Below are positions 46,908-57,401 of a stretch of 64,000 nucleotides of DNA, in pieces. This DNA comes from an uncultured Gemmatimonadales bacterium. Its GTDB lineage: Bacteria > Gemmatimonadota > Gemmatimonadetes > Gemmatimonadales > GWC2-71-9. The DNA is taken from the NCBI GenBank assembly GCA_963739455.1, contig CAVUAK010000003.1, positions 160,001 through 224,000 of the forward strand, written 5' to 3'. Positions within the stretch are counted from its first letter, which is position 1. Each line of letters begins with the position of its first letter. The translations under genes were made by a program, and so were the position numbers. Under the pieces are notes generated by a model, which was not told the DNA's origin, did not search any database, and worked only from the letters and a program-made list of their open reading frames with translations.

Positions 46908-47815
46908 TCGCCGCACCGGGACGAATCGATACCATCGACAGCGCCACATGGGCGGCGGTCGTGCGGTCGGGGCACGCCTTGCTTGCCCAGAAGGCCCGCA
47001 CCTTCCGTCTCGCCACGGCGATGCTGCCGGCGGGGCTGCACGATGACATCGCGGTGCTCTACGCGTTCTGTCGCACTGCCGACGACCTTGTTGACGAAAC
47101 CGGAGACGAGGTGGCGCTGTTGCGGCTCGAGCGCGAACTCGGGAATACCGAGCCGGCATGCCCACTGGTGCAGGCGCTGCAGGATCTCTCGCGCCGACGC
47201 GGGATCTCGCTGGCCCACGCGCAGTCGCTGCTGGCCGGCGTGCGACAGGACCTCGGATGCGTCCGCATGGAGAGTGATGGCCAGCTGCTCGGCTACTCGT
47301 GGCAGGTGGCGTCCACCGTAGGGCTGATGGTGAGCCGCCTGCTCGGCGTGGAGGACCCCGCCGCCATGGGCCATGCGGCGGACCTGGGCCTTGCGATGCA
47401 ACTCACCAACATCGTCCGGGACGTGCGCGAGGATGCGACGCGAGGCAGGGTGTACCTGCCGCGGACCCGCCTCGAGGCGCACGGACTTTCCGCCGATGAT
47501 GTGTTGCGGGGTCGCCAGCGCGAGGGCATTCGCGCCGTGTGTCTCGAGTTGCTGGACCTGGCCGACCGCTACTATGCCAGCGGAGAAGCGGGCTTCCGCT
47601 ACATCCCGCTGCGGGCGCGTGTCGGCGTCGCGGTGGCGCAGCGGGTCTACGCTTCCATCGGCTGGCGGATCCGGGCCACCGGGCATCATCCGCTGGATGG
47701 CCGCCTGGTCGTCCCCCGTTCCGAGAAACTCGGCCGTGTGGGCGAAGCGGTGGCCGTCTCCGTGCGCACCTCGTTCAGCCGGCTCCCCACGGCGCAGCAT
47801 ACCTCTCCCGCATGA
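46904..47815 (+). CDS. crtB: Phytoene synthase
   Basis: ARTFRLA, LYAFCRTADDLVD, VASTVGLM, LGLAMQLTNIVRDVREDA..GRVYLP. Confidence 0.92.
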   Translation: MIAAPGRIDTIDSATWAAVVRSGHALLAQKARTFRLATAMLPAGLHDDIAVLYAFCRTADDLVDETGDEVALLRLERELGNTEPACPLVQALQDLSRRRGISLAHAQSLLAGVRQDLGCVRMESDGQLLGYSWQVASTVGLMVSRLLGVEDPAAMGHAADLGLAMQLTNIVRDVREDATRGRVYLPRTRLEAHGLSADDVLRGRQREGIRAVCLELLDLADRYYASGEAGFRYIPLRARVGVAVAQRVYASIGWRIRATGHHPLDGRLVVPRSEKLGRVGEAVAVSVRTSFSRLPTAQHTSPA

Positions 47816-48798
47816 CGCCAGCCGTCCTGGTGGATCAGTCGCGTTCGGCGCTGCCATCCACCGCCGGGGGGTTCCTCGAACACGCCGCGTGCGTCAGTTG
47901 TGGCGCCGATGAGCCGCGACCGCTGCTCGAGACGCCGGTCCAGATGACCGACGAACGCAATGAGTCGTTTGCCTGGGTGACGTGCGGCCAATGCGAGCAG
48001 GTGTACCTCAGTCCGCGAGTGCCACCCGCGCGGATCGGTGAGTACTACGAGAACTACCTTCCGCACCGCGGGTCGGCCGCGTGGGGGCGCTGGGCCTTCC
48101 TCGTCGATTACGACCAGTGGCGGCTCGACCGGGCCCGCCTTCGCACGGTCCGTCGCACTGGTGCACTTACCCGCGAGACATCGCTGCTGGATGTCGGCTG
48201 TGGCTGCCCGACGTTCCTCGCCCGCGTATACCGGGACAGTGGCGCCCGGTCCGTCGGGATGGATTTTGATGCGAATGGCTGGACGGTACCGAGCCCGAGG
48301 TGGAGGGGATTGTCGCTGCACGAAGGTGACCTTGATGTGGTGGCGCCTCTCGCGCCCTTCGATGTCATCACCATGTGGCACGCACTCGAGCACCTCTATG
48401 ATCCCGTGGCCTCACTTTGCCAGCTCCGGTCCATGGCGGCACCGGGCGCGCGCCTGATCATCGAGGTCCCGGACTACGACAGCATCACGCGGCGCCGGCA
48501 CGGCGTGCGCTGGGCGGGATTCCATACGCCGCGCCACACGGCCGCCTATACGCCAGCGACATTGCGACGCCTGGTCGAGCGGAGCGGCTGGCGCGTGCGG
48601 ACCCAGTACCAGCGGGGCACGCTCCATCCCTACATCGTCCACTGGCTGGGCCGCCAGGAAATCGAGGGCCGCACGTGGCGTGGCTCGCTCCAGGGACGCA
48701 TGATTCCCTTCATCATCGGGCGGGCCCTCACGTTCCCCATCACCATGCTGCAGCGGTGGTTGCCGCTCGGAGTGCAGACGCTCGTCGCCACCGCCTGA
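47812..48798 (+). CDS. Class I SAM-dependent methyltransferase with N-terminal CxxC...CxxC
   Basis: LLDVGCG, FDVITMWHALEHL.DP, IIEVPD; ATGA overlap with crtB. Confidence 0.85.
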   Translation: MTPAVLVDQSRSALPSTAGGFLEHAACVSCGADEPRPLLETPVQMTDERNESFAWVTCGQCEQVYLSPRVPPARIGEYYENYLPHRGSAAWGRWAFLVDYDQWRLDRARLRTVRRTGALTRETSLLDVGCGCPTFLARVYRDSGARSVGMDFDANGWTVPSPRWRGLSLHEGDLDVVAPLAPFDVITMWHALEHLYDPVASLCQLRSMAAPGARLIIEVPDYDSITRRRHGVRWAGFHTPRHTAAYTPATLRRLVERSGWRVRTQYQRGTLHPYIVHWLGRQEIEGRTWRGSLQGRMIPFIIGRALTFPITMLQRWLPLGVQTLVATA

Positions 48799-48818
48799 CT
48801 CCCCCAGAAAGGCCCTTC

Positions 48819-49838
48819 GTGCCACCGAGTTTTCCCTTCTCCGCCATCGTAGGCCAGCACGAAATGAAGTTGGCACTGCTCGTGGCCGCCGTGGATCCGG
48901 GGATCCGCGGGGTCATGGTGTTTGGCGACCGCGGCACCGGCAAGTCCACGGCGGTGCGCGCGATGCCAGGGGTGCTGCCGCAGATGATGGCGGTATCCGG
49001 GTGCCGCTACGGCTGCGACCCGGACGATCCCTGCGAGGAATGCACGGAGCGTCGCACGCGCGGCGAGCGGCTGCGCGCGGTGAAGGTGCCGGTGCCGGTG
49101 GTGGACCTGCCGCTCGGTGCCACGGAGGACCGGGTGGTGGGCTCGCTCGACCTCGAGCGCGCGCTGACGTCGGGGGAGAAGCGCTTCGAGCCGGGCCTGC
49201 TCGCTCGCGCCAATCGCGGTTTCCTGTATGTGGACGAAGTGAACCTGCTCGAGGATCACCTCGTGGACCTGCTGCTGGACGTGGCGGCGAGCGGCGTGAA
49301 CGTGGTGGAGCGCGAGGGCCTGAGCCTGCGACACCCGGCACGGTTTGTCATGGTGGGGAGCGGCAACCCGGAGGAAGGTGACCTGCGCCCGCAGCTGCTC
49401 GACCGGTTCGGCCTGTCGGTGGACGTGCGAACTCCAACCGCTGTGGCGGAACGGATCGACGTGATTCGCCGGCGTGATGCGTTCGATCGCGATCCCGATG
49501 CGTTCATGGAGGAATGGAAGGCGGAGGACGCCAAGGTGCTCCGACGCATCCAGCAGGCCCGGAAGCGCATCGACGGCGTGATCATCGATGACGAAATGCT
49601 GGGCCGGGCCACTGCACTCTGCGTGGCGCTCGGCACCGACGGCCTGCGGGGCGAACTGACGTTGATGCGCGCATCGCGCGCCACGGCGGCCCTCGATGGT
49701 GCGAAGCAGGTTGCGCTCCAGCACCTGCGCCAGGTGGCACCCCTCGCCCTGCGTCACCGGCTGCGCCGCAATCCACTCGACGACACTTCGTCCACCACCC
49801 GAGTGGAACGCGCGGTGGCGGAGCTGCTGGTCGCGTGA
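48819..49838 (+). CDS. bchI: Magnesium chelatase subunit I
   Basis: FPFSAIVGQ, GDRGTGKST, DLPLGATEDRVVG, LYVDEVNLL, LRPQLLDRFGL, TDGLRGEL. Confidence 0.97.
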   Translation: MPPSFPFSAIVGQHEMKLALLVAAVDPGIRGVMVFGDRGTGKSTAVRAMPGVLPQMMAVSGCRYGCDPDDPCEECTERRTRGERLRAVKVPVPVVDLPLGATEDRVVGSLDLERALTSGEKRFEPGLLARANRGFLYVDEVNLLEDHLVDLLLDVAASGVNVVEREGLSLRHPARFVMVGSGNPEEGDLRPQLLDRFGLSVDVRTPTAVAERIDVIRRRDAFDRDPDAFMEEWKAEDAKVLRRIQQARKRIDGVIIDDEMLGRATALCVALGTDGLRGELTLMRASRATAALDGAKQVALQHLRQVAPLALRHRLRRNPLDDTSSTTRVERAVAELLVA

Positions 49839-51493
49839 TGCGACGCGCGCTGGCGCTGCTGGCGGTTGACCCGGTCGGCCTGCGCGGGGCGGTCCTGCAT
49901 GGGCACGCCGATGACCGGCGCGACGAGGTGCTGGCCCTGTTCGATGGATTGCTCGATGTGGACAGGGTGCGCCGCCGTCTTCCTCCCGGCATGGCGGCGG
50001 AGCGACTGCACGGCGGCCTCGACCTGGCCGCGACGCTCGCGACCGGTCGCCCGGTGCAGGAGCGTGGGTTGCTGGCGGTGGCAGAGGGTGGCGTGCTGAC
50101 CTTGCCAATGGCGGAGCGCGCCGCAGGACCGGTCGTGGCCGCACTGCTCGGAATGCTCGACCACACCGGCGGAACGACCCTCCTTGCCCTCGACGAAAGC
50201 ATGCCCGACGAGCCACCGGTCGCGACGGCGCTGCGCGAGCGCCTCCCGTTCCTCCTGAAAATGGATGGAGGCGAGGATGAGGCGTGCGCATGGCCGACGC
50301 CCACCGAACTTGCGGCGGCGCGTGCGCGCCTGCCCGGGGTCACAGTGGGCGACGAGGCAATGCGCGTCATCTGCCATACCGCGGTGGCGCTGGGCGTCGG
50401 GTCGAGCAGGGCCGACGTCCTTGCGGTGCGCGCCGCGCGGGCGCATGCGGCGCTCGAGGGTCGCGCGGAGGTAGCGGAGGCCGATGTCGCCGTCGCATGC
50501 GCGCTCGTGCTGGCGCCGCGCGCCACCCGACTTCCCGAGACGCCACCTGAACCGCCTGCGCCCGCGCCTGAGGAGCAAGCGGCGTCGCCTGAGCAGGGCC
50601 AGGAGGATCAGGCCGTGGGTGAAATGGCCGATCGCGTGCTCGAGGCGACCCGCGCGGCACTGTCCCCTGAGATGCTGGAGGGACTGCGGCAGCAGGGTGG
50701 TGGCAAGGCGAGGGGCAAGAGTGCCGCAGGCACGATGACGCCGCGGCATGGCCGGCGCATCGGTTCGCGCGCCGGGGACCCGCGCACCGGCGCCCGGCTC
50801 GATCTCGTCGATACCCTGCGCGCGGCGGCCCCATGGCAGCGCCTGCGCGGTGCCACGCCTGGCAAGGTCGCTGTTCGCCGCCAGGATTTTCGGGTGCAGC
50901 GATGCAAGGCGAAGAACGGCACCACCATCATCTTCTGCGTCGATGCCTCGGGATCGTCGGCATTGCACCGCATGGCCGAGGCTAAGGGAGCGGTCGAGCT
51001 GCTCCTTGCGGAGAGTTACGTGCGCCGGGATCGCGCGGCGCTCATCAGTTTCCGCGGTACTCGCGCCGAGATCCTGCTGCCGCCCACGCGATCGCTCGCG
51101 CGGGCGAAGCGCGCGCTTGCCGCGCTGCCGGGTGGTGGGGGGACCCCACTCGCCGCCGCCCTTGTTGCCGCCGGGCAGCTCGCGTCACAAGTGTCGGCGG
51201 AACGCGATGGCGGCTCGGTGCTGCTGGTGCTGCTCACCGATGCTCGCGCGAACGTGGCGCTCGACGGAACGGGCGGTCGCCCGCGCGCCGAGGCCGACGC
51301 CGAGACGGCGGCCCGCGCCCTGCGAGCGATGGCCGTTCCGGTCCTCCTCATCGACACCGCGCCGCGACCGGGCGCATTCGCGGCATCGCTTGCAGCGGCG
51401 ATGGGTGGTCGGTACATCGCGCTGCCCACGGCTGATGCCGCGGGCGTGAAGGGGGCGGTGCAGGCGGCGCGCGAGGGACTCAAGGCCTCATGA
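49835..51493 (+). CDS. bchD: Magnesium chelatase subunit D
   Basis: GGLDLAATL, Pro/Glu linker, TLRAAAPWQ, VDASGS, ESYVRRD, LPGGGGTPLA. Confidence 0.95.
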   Translation: MMRRALALLAVDPVGLRGAVLHGHADDRRDEVLALFDGLLDVDRVRRRLPPGMAAERLHGGLDLAATLATGRPVQERGLLAVAEGGVLTLPMAERAAGPVVAALLGMLDHTGGTTLLALDESMPDEPPVATALRERLPFLLKMDGGEDEACAWPTPTELAAARARLPGVTVGDEAMRVICHTAVALGVGSSRADVLAVRAARAHAALEGRAEVAEADVAVACALVLAPRATRLPETPPEPPAPAPEEQAASPEQGQEDQAVGEMADRVLEATRAALSPEMLEGLRQQGGGKARGKSAAGTMTPRHGRRIGSRAGDPRTGARLDLVDTLRAAAPWQRLRGATPGKVAVRRQDFRVQRCKAKNGTTIIFCVDASGSSALHRMAEAKGAVELLLAESYVRRDRAALISFRGTRAEILLPPTRSLARAKRALAALPGGGGTPLAAALVAAGQLASQVSAERDGGSVLLVLLTDARANVALDGTGGRPRAEADAETAARALRAMAVPVLLIDTAPRPGAFAASLAAAMGGRYIALPTADAAGVKGAVQAAREGLKAS

Positions 51494-52275
51494 ATACCGA
51501 CGAATCGCGACGTGACCGATGGATCAGTGCCCTTCAGGCACTGGGCCTGGTCGTGCTCTTCTGGTGGCTCGTCACCGGCCTCCTGTTTGGACTTCCGGCC
51601 ACCGTCGAGGGGCGCCGGGCCGCCGCGATTGTGGCGTCTCTGCTCGGGGGATCGGCGCTCGCGCTTGCCATTCTCATTCGACAGGACCGTTCTCCGCGCG
51701 CCGCCTGGCTCGGCTTCCTTGCCGGCGGAACACTCTGGGCATGGGCGCAGGCGGCACTCTATGGTGGGTGGCTGGTGGGGCCGGGAGCGAGCGGCGCGCC
51801 GATTCCCGACAGCCGCTGGGCGGTGGCGATGGAGGCACTTCGTGAGACGTCCTGGAGCGAAGCGGCGGCGCTGGGCGTTCTGGCCCTCTCGGCTCTCCTG
51901 GCGGTTGGTGCCCGGAACAAGGTGGCGTTCGGGACAGTTGCCCTGCTCTGGGCCGCCCACCAGGTGGCGCGGATCAACGTGTTCCTGGGAGTGGCGAATG
52001 CGAGCCCTGGCCTGCTGCCAGATCACCTGCAGTTCATGACCCGCTTTTTTGGACCGCCCGAAAACACCCCATTCCTGGCCGTAAGCGTCGTTTTCTGGGT
52101 GGTTGCTACCCTGTTCCTGCTCCGAACCGGGTGGCGGGCACAGGATGCCTTCACCCGCCGGTCGGCCATGGTGTTTGGGGTGCTCGCCGGACTCGCCGCC
52201 CTCGAGCACCTCTTTCTGGGGCTCTCGGCACGGCTGGCCCTGTGGGACTTTTTCCTCCGCTCGCGGTCCGGCTAG
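51490..52275 (+). CDS. puhE: Photosynthetic complex assembly protein PuhE (DUF3623)
   Basis: FWWLVTG, G.LVGP, ARINVFLGV.N...LP.HL, ALEHLFL..S....LW. Confidence 0.8.
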   Translation: MNTDESRRDRWISALQALGLVVLFWWLVTGLLFGLPATVEGRRAAAIVASLLGGSALALAILIRQDRSPRAAWLGFLAGGTLWAWAQAALYGGWLVGPGASGAPIPDSRWAVAMEALRETSWSEAAALGVLALSALLAVGARNKVAFGTVALLWAAHQVARINVFLGVANASPGLLPDHLQFMTRFFGPPENTPFLAVSVVFWVVATLFLLRTGWRAQDAFTRRSAMVFGVLAGLAALEHLFLGLSARLALWDFFLRSRSG

Positions 52276-52339
52276 CCCCCTTTTCCAGCAGCCAGTAAAA
52301 GAGGAGAGCCCCCGGCGCGCGGAACTTTACGGACCTAGG

Positions 52340-52383
52340 TGTACCAGATGCTTGACAACATTGGATGTAAGCCGCACTTTACA
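52340..52383. promoter_or_regulatory. Tandem PpsR/CrtJ boxes overlapping the bchC promoter
   Basis: TGT-accagatgcttg-ACA (52340-52357, contains TTGACA) and TGT-aagccgcacttt-ACA (52366-52383), 8 bp apart. Confidence 0.92.
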
Positions 52384-52413
52384 ATCGTCTCGCCCCATTG
52401 AAGGTTCCCCCGG

Positions 52414-53373
52414 GTGCCGAGGAGTGAATTGCACACAACGGCGGTTGTCATCGAAGAGCCCAGGCGTCTGGCCCTTCGCCGAGTCTCGCTAGTCGAGCCG
52501 GCGGACGCCGATGTCGTTGTCGCTGTCGAGTGGAGCGGCATCAGCACCGGCACCGAGCGGCTCCTCTATTCAGGGGCAATGCCTCCGTTTCCGGGGTTGG
52601 GCTATCCGCTCGTCCCTGGCTATGAAGCGGTGGGCCGGGTGATCGCGGCGGGCTCGACCTCGGGACGGTCGGTTGGCCAGCGCGTCTTCATTGCCGGTGC
52701 CCGTTGTTTCGATGGGGTGAAGAGCCTGTTCGGCAGCAACGCGGCCCGGCTCATCGTGCCCGGCGCCAAGGCGTTCCCACTGGTCGACGAGGTCGCGATG
52801 GACGGGGCGCTGCTGGCGCTCGCTGCCACGGCGCGGCATGCCGGCTGGCAGCCCGGAGCCACGCCGCCCGACCTCATCGTCGGGCACGGGGCATTGGGAC
52901 GCTTGCTCGCGCGCCTCGCGGTTGCGCTCGCCCCCGGCGGGAAGCCACCAACGGTGTGGGAGGTCAATCCGGCGCGGCGTACGGCGGCGGTGGGTTATGA
53001 CGTGATCCACCCCGACAGTGATGACCGACGCGACTACAGGTCGATCTACGATGTCAGCGGAAATGCCGGACTGCTGAACACGTTCATCGATCGCCTGGCT
53101 CCTGGTGGTGAAGTGGTTCTCGCCGGTTTCTACGACACCCTGACCTTCAACTTCGTCCCTGCCTTCCTGCGCGAGGCGCGCCTGCGCGTCGCCGCGGAAT
53201 GGCGCGCGGACGACCTGCAGGCCGTGGTCGACATGACCAACGCCGGTACGCTGCGGCTCGACGGCATCATCACTCACCGTTCCGACGCGGCAGATGCCTG
53301 TCAGGCATACCCGGTGGCGTTCAGTGATCCCGAATGCGTGAAGATGGTTCTCGACTGGAGGGATGCAGCGTGA
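52414..53373 (+). CDS. bchC: 3-hydroxyethyl bacteriochlorophyllide dehydrogenase
   Basis: WSGISTGTERL...MPPFPGLGYPLVPGYE, LIVGHGALGRL, LAGFY, AAEW. Confidence 0.96.
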   Translation: MPRSELHTTAVVIEEPRRLALRRVSLVEPADADVVVAVEWSGISTGTERLLYSGAMPPFPGLGYPLVPGYEAVGRVIAAGSTSGRSVGQRVFIAGARCFDGVKSLFGSNAARLIVPGAKAFPLVDEVAMDGALLALAATARHAGWQPGATPPDLIVGHGALGRLLARLAVALAPGGKPPTVWEVNPARRTAAVGYDVIHPDSDDRRDYRSIYDVSGNAGLLNTFIDRLAPGGEVVLAGFYDTLTFNFVPAFLREARLRVAAEWRADDLQAVVDMTNAGTLRLDGIITHRSDAADACQAYPVAFSDPECVKMVLDWRDAA

Positions 53374-54383
53374 TTGCACCGGCAGGCACGACATCGGGAC
53401 CGATCCAGCTCATGCACAGCGCGCTGCGCGATGAGGCGGCTGCTGAGCCGGACGCCCCCACCCCCGCGGCGGTCACGAGCGGCACGCAGATCATCGCCAT
53501 CTATGGCAAGGGCGGCATCGGCAAGAGCTTCGCGCTGGCCAACCTCTCGTACATGATGGCGCAACTGGGCAAGAAGGTGCTCCTCATCGGGTGTGACCCG
53601 AAGAGCGACACCACCAGCCTGCTGTTCGGAGGCAAGGCGTGCCCCACGATCATCGAGGTGTCATCGAAGAAGAAGCTGGCCGGGGAGCAGGTAAAGATCG
53701 GCGACGTCTGCTTCAAGCGTGACGGCGTCTTCGCGATGGAACTGGGTGGCCCTGAAGTCGGCCGCGGCTGCGGCGGCCGCGGCATCATCCACGGCTTCGA
53801 GACCCTGGAGAAGCTCGGCTTCCACGAGTGGGGCTTCGACTTCGTGCTGCTCGACTTCCTGGGCGACGTGGTGTGCGGCGGCTTCGGCCTCCCGATCGCG
53901 CGCGACATGTGCCAGAAGGTGATCGTGGTGGGTTCCAACGACCTCCAGTCGCTCTACGTCGCGAACAATGTCTGCTCTGCGGTGGAGTACTTCCGCCGGC
54001 TCGGTGGCAACGTTGGCGTGGCCGGAATGGTGGTGAACAAGGACGACGGCACTGGTGAAGCAGCGGCCTTCGCGGAGCGCGCCGGCATCCCGATCCTCGC
54101 GGCCATTCCGGCACACGAGGACATCCGCCGCAAGAGCGCCAACTACGAGATCGTCGGCCGTCCCGGTGGCGACTGGGCGCCCCTGTTCGAGTCGCTGGCC
54201 ACCAATGTCGCCGAGTCACTTCCGGTGCGCCCGAAGCCCTTGACGCAGGACCAGCTGCTCGGGCTCTTCAGCAGCGACACCGTGGGACGGAACGTGGTGC
54301 TCCAGCCCGCGACCCTCGAGGACATGTGCGGTCGTTCGGAAATCGTGAAGCCGTCGCTGGAGGTGGTGTACGATGCCGTCTAG
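53370..54383 (+). CDS. bchX: Chlorophyllide reductase iron protein X
   Basis: IYGKGGIGKS, GCDPKSDT, GRGCGGRGI, DFLGDVVCGGF. Confidence 0.97.
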   Translation: MIAPAGTTSGPIQLMHSALRDEAAAEPDAPTPAAVTSGTQIIAIYGKGGIGKSFALANLSYMMAQLGKKVLLIGCDPKSDTTSLLFGGKACPTIIEVSSKKKLAGEQVKIGDVCFKRDGVFAMELGGPEVGRGCGGRGIIHGFETLEKLGFHEWGFDFVLLDFLGDVVCGGFGLPIARDMCQKVIVVGSNDLQSLYVANNVCSAVEYFRRLGGNVGVAGMVVNKDDGTGEAAAFAERAGIPILAAIPAHEDIRRKSANYEIVGRPGGDWAPLFESLATNVAESLPVRPKPLTQDQLLGLFSSDTVGRNVVLQPATLEDMCGRSEIVKPSLEVVYDAV

Positions 54384-55944
54384 TCGTGAGTCGTCAGTCG
54401 TGAGTCGTGAGAGTGGGTCGCTGCCGATTCTGGAAGCACCCGCTGCCGACTCACGACTCACGACTCACGACTCCCCAGGCTGCCATGGTGGCGCGGATAC
54501 CATGCACGCCGCCGCGCGAGCCGCCGGCAAGAGCGACGTGCTCGACCAGTACGCCGCCGACTATCCCAAGGGACCGCACGACCAGCCGCAGTCGATGTGC
54601 CCGGCCTTCGGTTCGCTGCGCGTCGGGCTGCGCATGCGCCGCACCGCGACGATCCTCTCCGGCTCCGCGTGCTGCGTGTACGGGCTCACCTTCACGAGCC
54701 ACTTCTACGGTGCGCGCCGCACGGTGGGGTACGTGCCGTTCAACTCCGAGACGCTCGTCACCGGCAAGCTGTTCGAGGACATCCGCGACGCGGTGTACGC
54801 CACCGCCGACCCGGCCCTCTACGACGCCATCGTGATCACCAATCTCTGCGTGCCCACGGCGTCCGGCGTGCCGCTCAAGCTGCTGCCGAAGGAGATCAAC
54901 GGCGTCCGCATCATCGGCATCGACGTGCCTGGCTTCGGCGTGCCGACGCACGCCGAGGCGAAGGACGTGCTCGCCGGCGCGATGCTGCGCTATGCGCGCC
55001 AGGAAGCGGAGCAGGGGCCGGTGCAGCTGCCGCGGGGTGGCCGGCACGATCGCCCGACGGTGACGCTGGTGGGCGAGATGTTCCCGGCGGATCCGGTTGG
55101 CGTCGGGATGATGCTCGAGCCGCTTGGCCTGGCGGCGGGGCCGTCGGTGCCGACGCGCGAGTGGCGTGACCTCTACGCGGCGCTCGACTGCGCTGTGGTG
55201 GCGGCCGTGCACCCGTTCTATACCGCGTCATTCCGCGAGTTCACCCTGGCCGGGCGGCCAATCGTCGGGTCGGGCCCCGTGGGTGTCGAGGGCACTGATG
55301 CGTGGCTGCAGGCCATCGGCGACGCCGCAGGGGTGGGCCAGCGCGCCATCGACCTGGCCAAGGGCAAGGTGCTCGACGCCATTCGCGACAAGCTGCGGCA
55401 GCATCCCATCCAGGGGCGCATCACGATGTCGGGCTACGAGGGCTCCGAACTGCTGGTGGCGCGCCTCCTCGTCGAGAGCGGCGCCGACCTGCGCTACGTC
55501 GGCACCGCGTGCCCGCGCACGGAGTGGAGCATCGGCGATCGCGACTGGCTCGAGGCGCATGGGGTACGGGTGCAGTATCGCGCGTCGCTGGAGCAGGATC
55601 TTGCCGCGATGCGCGAGTTCGACCCGCAGCTCGTCATCGGCACCACGCCCGTGGTCCAGGCGGCGAAGGAACTCGCGAAGCCGGCGCTCTACTTCACCAA
55701 CCTCATCTCCGCCCGTCCGCTCTTCGGGCCGATGGGCGCCGGTTCGCTCGCCACGGTGATCAACGCCGCGATGGGCAACACCGCGCGCTTCGGCCAGATG
55801 CGCGACTTCTTCACCGGTGTCGGCGCTGGGGCCAGCGCCGGCGTGTGGGAAGAACTGCCGAAGGACATTCCGGAGTTCCGCGAGCACTATCGCCGCCACC
55901 TGGCCAAGGTGGCCCGGCAGCGCAAGGCGGAGGAGATGGTCTGA
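54373..55944 (+). CDS. bchY: Chlorophyllide reductase subunit Y
   Basis: [38 protein letters not shown]. Confidence 0.96.
   Translation: MPSSRESSVVSRESGSLPILEAPAADSRLTTHDSPGCHGGADTMHAAARAAGKSDVLDQYAADYPKGPHDQPQSMCPAFGSLRVGLRMRRTATILSGSACCVYGLTFTSHFYGARRTVGYVPFNSETLVTGKLFEDIRDAVYATADPALYDAIVITNLCVPTASGVPLKLLPKEINGVRIIGIDVPGFGVPTHAEAKDVLAGAMLRYARQEAEQGPVQLPRGGRHDRPTVTLVGEMFPADPVGVGMMLEPLGLAAGPSVPTREWRDLYAALDCAVVAAVHPFYTASFREFTLAGRPIVGSGPVGVEGTDAWLQAIGDAAGVGQRAIDLAKGKVLDAIRDKLRQHPIQGRITMSGYEGSELLVARLLVESGADLRYVGTACPRTEWSIGDRDWLEAHGVRVQYRASLEQDLAAMREFDPQLVIGTTPVVQAAKELAKPALYFTNLISARPLFGPMGAGSLATVINAAMGNTARFGQMRDFFTGVGAGASAGVWEELPKDIPEFREHYRRHLAKVARQRKAEEMV
54382..54473. repeat. Inverted heptamer arrays (AGTCGTG)x4 and (GACTCAC)x3.7
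   Basis: 54382-54409 (one unit is AGTCGTC) and 54448-54473 are complementary to each other. Confidence 0.9.
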
Positions 55945-57401
55945 TGCTCGTTCTCGACCATGATCGCGCCGGCGGCTACTGGGGGGCGGTATACGTCTTC
56001 ACCGCGGTGAAGGGGCTGCAGGTAGTCATCGATGGCCCGGTAGGGTGCGAGAACCTGCCCGTCACGTCGGTGCTGCACTACACCGACGCGCTGCCGCCGC
56101 ACGAGCTGCCGATCGTGGTCACTGGGCTTGCCGAGGAAGAGCTGGGGCAGAAGGGCACCGAGGGCAGCATGAAGCGGGCGCACAAGACGCTCGATCCCGA
56201 GTTGCCGTCGGTGGTGGTAACGGGCAGCATCGCCGAGATGATCGGCGGGGGCGTGACGCCGGAGGGCACGAACATCCAGCGCTTCCTGCCGCGCACGATC
56301 GATGAAGACCAGTGGCAGACGGCAAACCGCGCAATGTCGTGGCTCTGGGCGGAATACGGCCTGAAGCGCGGCGTGCGTCCCGACCCGAAGCCGCGCGAGC
56401 CGGGTGCGAAGCCGCGGGTCAACATCATCGGCCCGTGCTACGGCACATTCAACATGCCGTCCGACCTGGCGGAGATCCGCCGGCTGGTGGAGGGCATTGG
56501 TGCCGAGATCAACATGGTCTTCCCGCTCGGGTCGCACCTCGCCAACGTGCCGCGCCTGGTCGATGCCGACGTCAACGTCGTGATGTATCGCGAGTTCGGC
56601 CGGCAGCTCTGCGAGGCGCTGGAGAAGCCGTACCTGCAGGCGCCCATCGGGCTCCACTCGACCACGACGTTCCTGCGGACCCTCGGCGAGCTGCTGGGCC
56701 TCGATGCGGAACCGTTCATCGAGCGGGAGAAGCACACCACCATCAAGCCGATCTGGGACCTGTGGCGCAGCGTCACCCAGGACTTCTTCGCAACGGCGAG
56801 CTTCGGCATCGTCGCGAGCGAGACCTACGTCCGCGGCATCCGGCACTTCCTCGAGGACGAAATGGGGCTGCCGTGCACGCTGGCGGTGCCGCGCATTCCC
56901 GGGGCCAAGACTGACAACGCCGCGGTTCGGCAGTCGCTGAAGGAGCGGACACCGCTGGTGCTCTTCGGGAGCTACAACGAGCGGATGTACCTCGCCGAGC
57001 TGGGCGGGCGCGGATCGTACATCCCGGCGTCGTTCCCCGGGGCCATCATCCGCCGGCACACTGGCACGCCGTTCATGGGCTACGCCGGCGCCACCTACCT
57101 GGTGCAGGAAGTCTGCAACGCGCTCTTCGACGCGCTGTTCAACATCCTCCCCCTGGCCACCGACATGGATCGCGTCGAACCGACGCCCGCGCGCCTCACC
57201 GCATCGCTGCCGTGGGATGTGCCGGCGCAGGAGCGGCTCGAGTCGCTGGTGGAGGCGGAGCCGATGCTGGTGCGCATCTCGGCGGCGAAGCGGCTGCGCG
57301 AACGGGCCGAGCGGGTGGCGCGGGGCCGCGGCGACGTGGAAGTGACCCTGGAGCACCTCGACGGCGACGGGTTGGCCGACCCGCGCCTCGCGCATCGCTA
57401 G
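55944..57401 (+). CDS. bchZ: Chlorophyllide reductase subunit Z
   Basis: [51 protein letters not shown]. Confidence 0.97.
   Translation: MLVLDHDRAGGYWGAVYVFTAVKGLQVVIDGPVGCENLPVTSVLHYTDALPPHELPIVVTGLAEEELGQKGTEGSMKRAHKTLDPELPSVVVTGSIAEMIGGGVTPEGTNIQRFLPRTIDEDQWQTANRAMSWLWAEYGLKRGVRPDPKPREPGAKPRVNIIGPCYGTFNMPSDLAEIRRLVEGIGAEINMVFPLGSHLANVPRLVDADVNVVMYREFGRQLCEALEKPYLQAPIGLHSTTTFLRTLGELLGLDAEPFIEREKHTTIKPIWDLWRSVTQDFFATASFGIVASETYVRGIRHFLEDEMGLPCTLAVPRIPGAKTDNAAVRQSLKERTPLVLFGSYNERMYLAELGGRGSYIPASFPGAIIRRHTGTPFMGYAGATYLVQEVCNALFDALFNILPLATDMDRVEPTPARLTASLPWDVPAQERLESLVEAEPMLVRISAAKRLRERAERVARGRGDVEVTLEHLDGDGLADPRLAHR

Noticed and set aside
53370..57401. Nitrogenase (nifHDK) or DPOR (bchLNB)
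   Set aside because: Motifs and the position after bchC identify chlorophyllide reductase BchXYZ.
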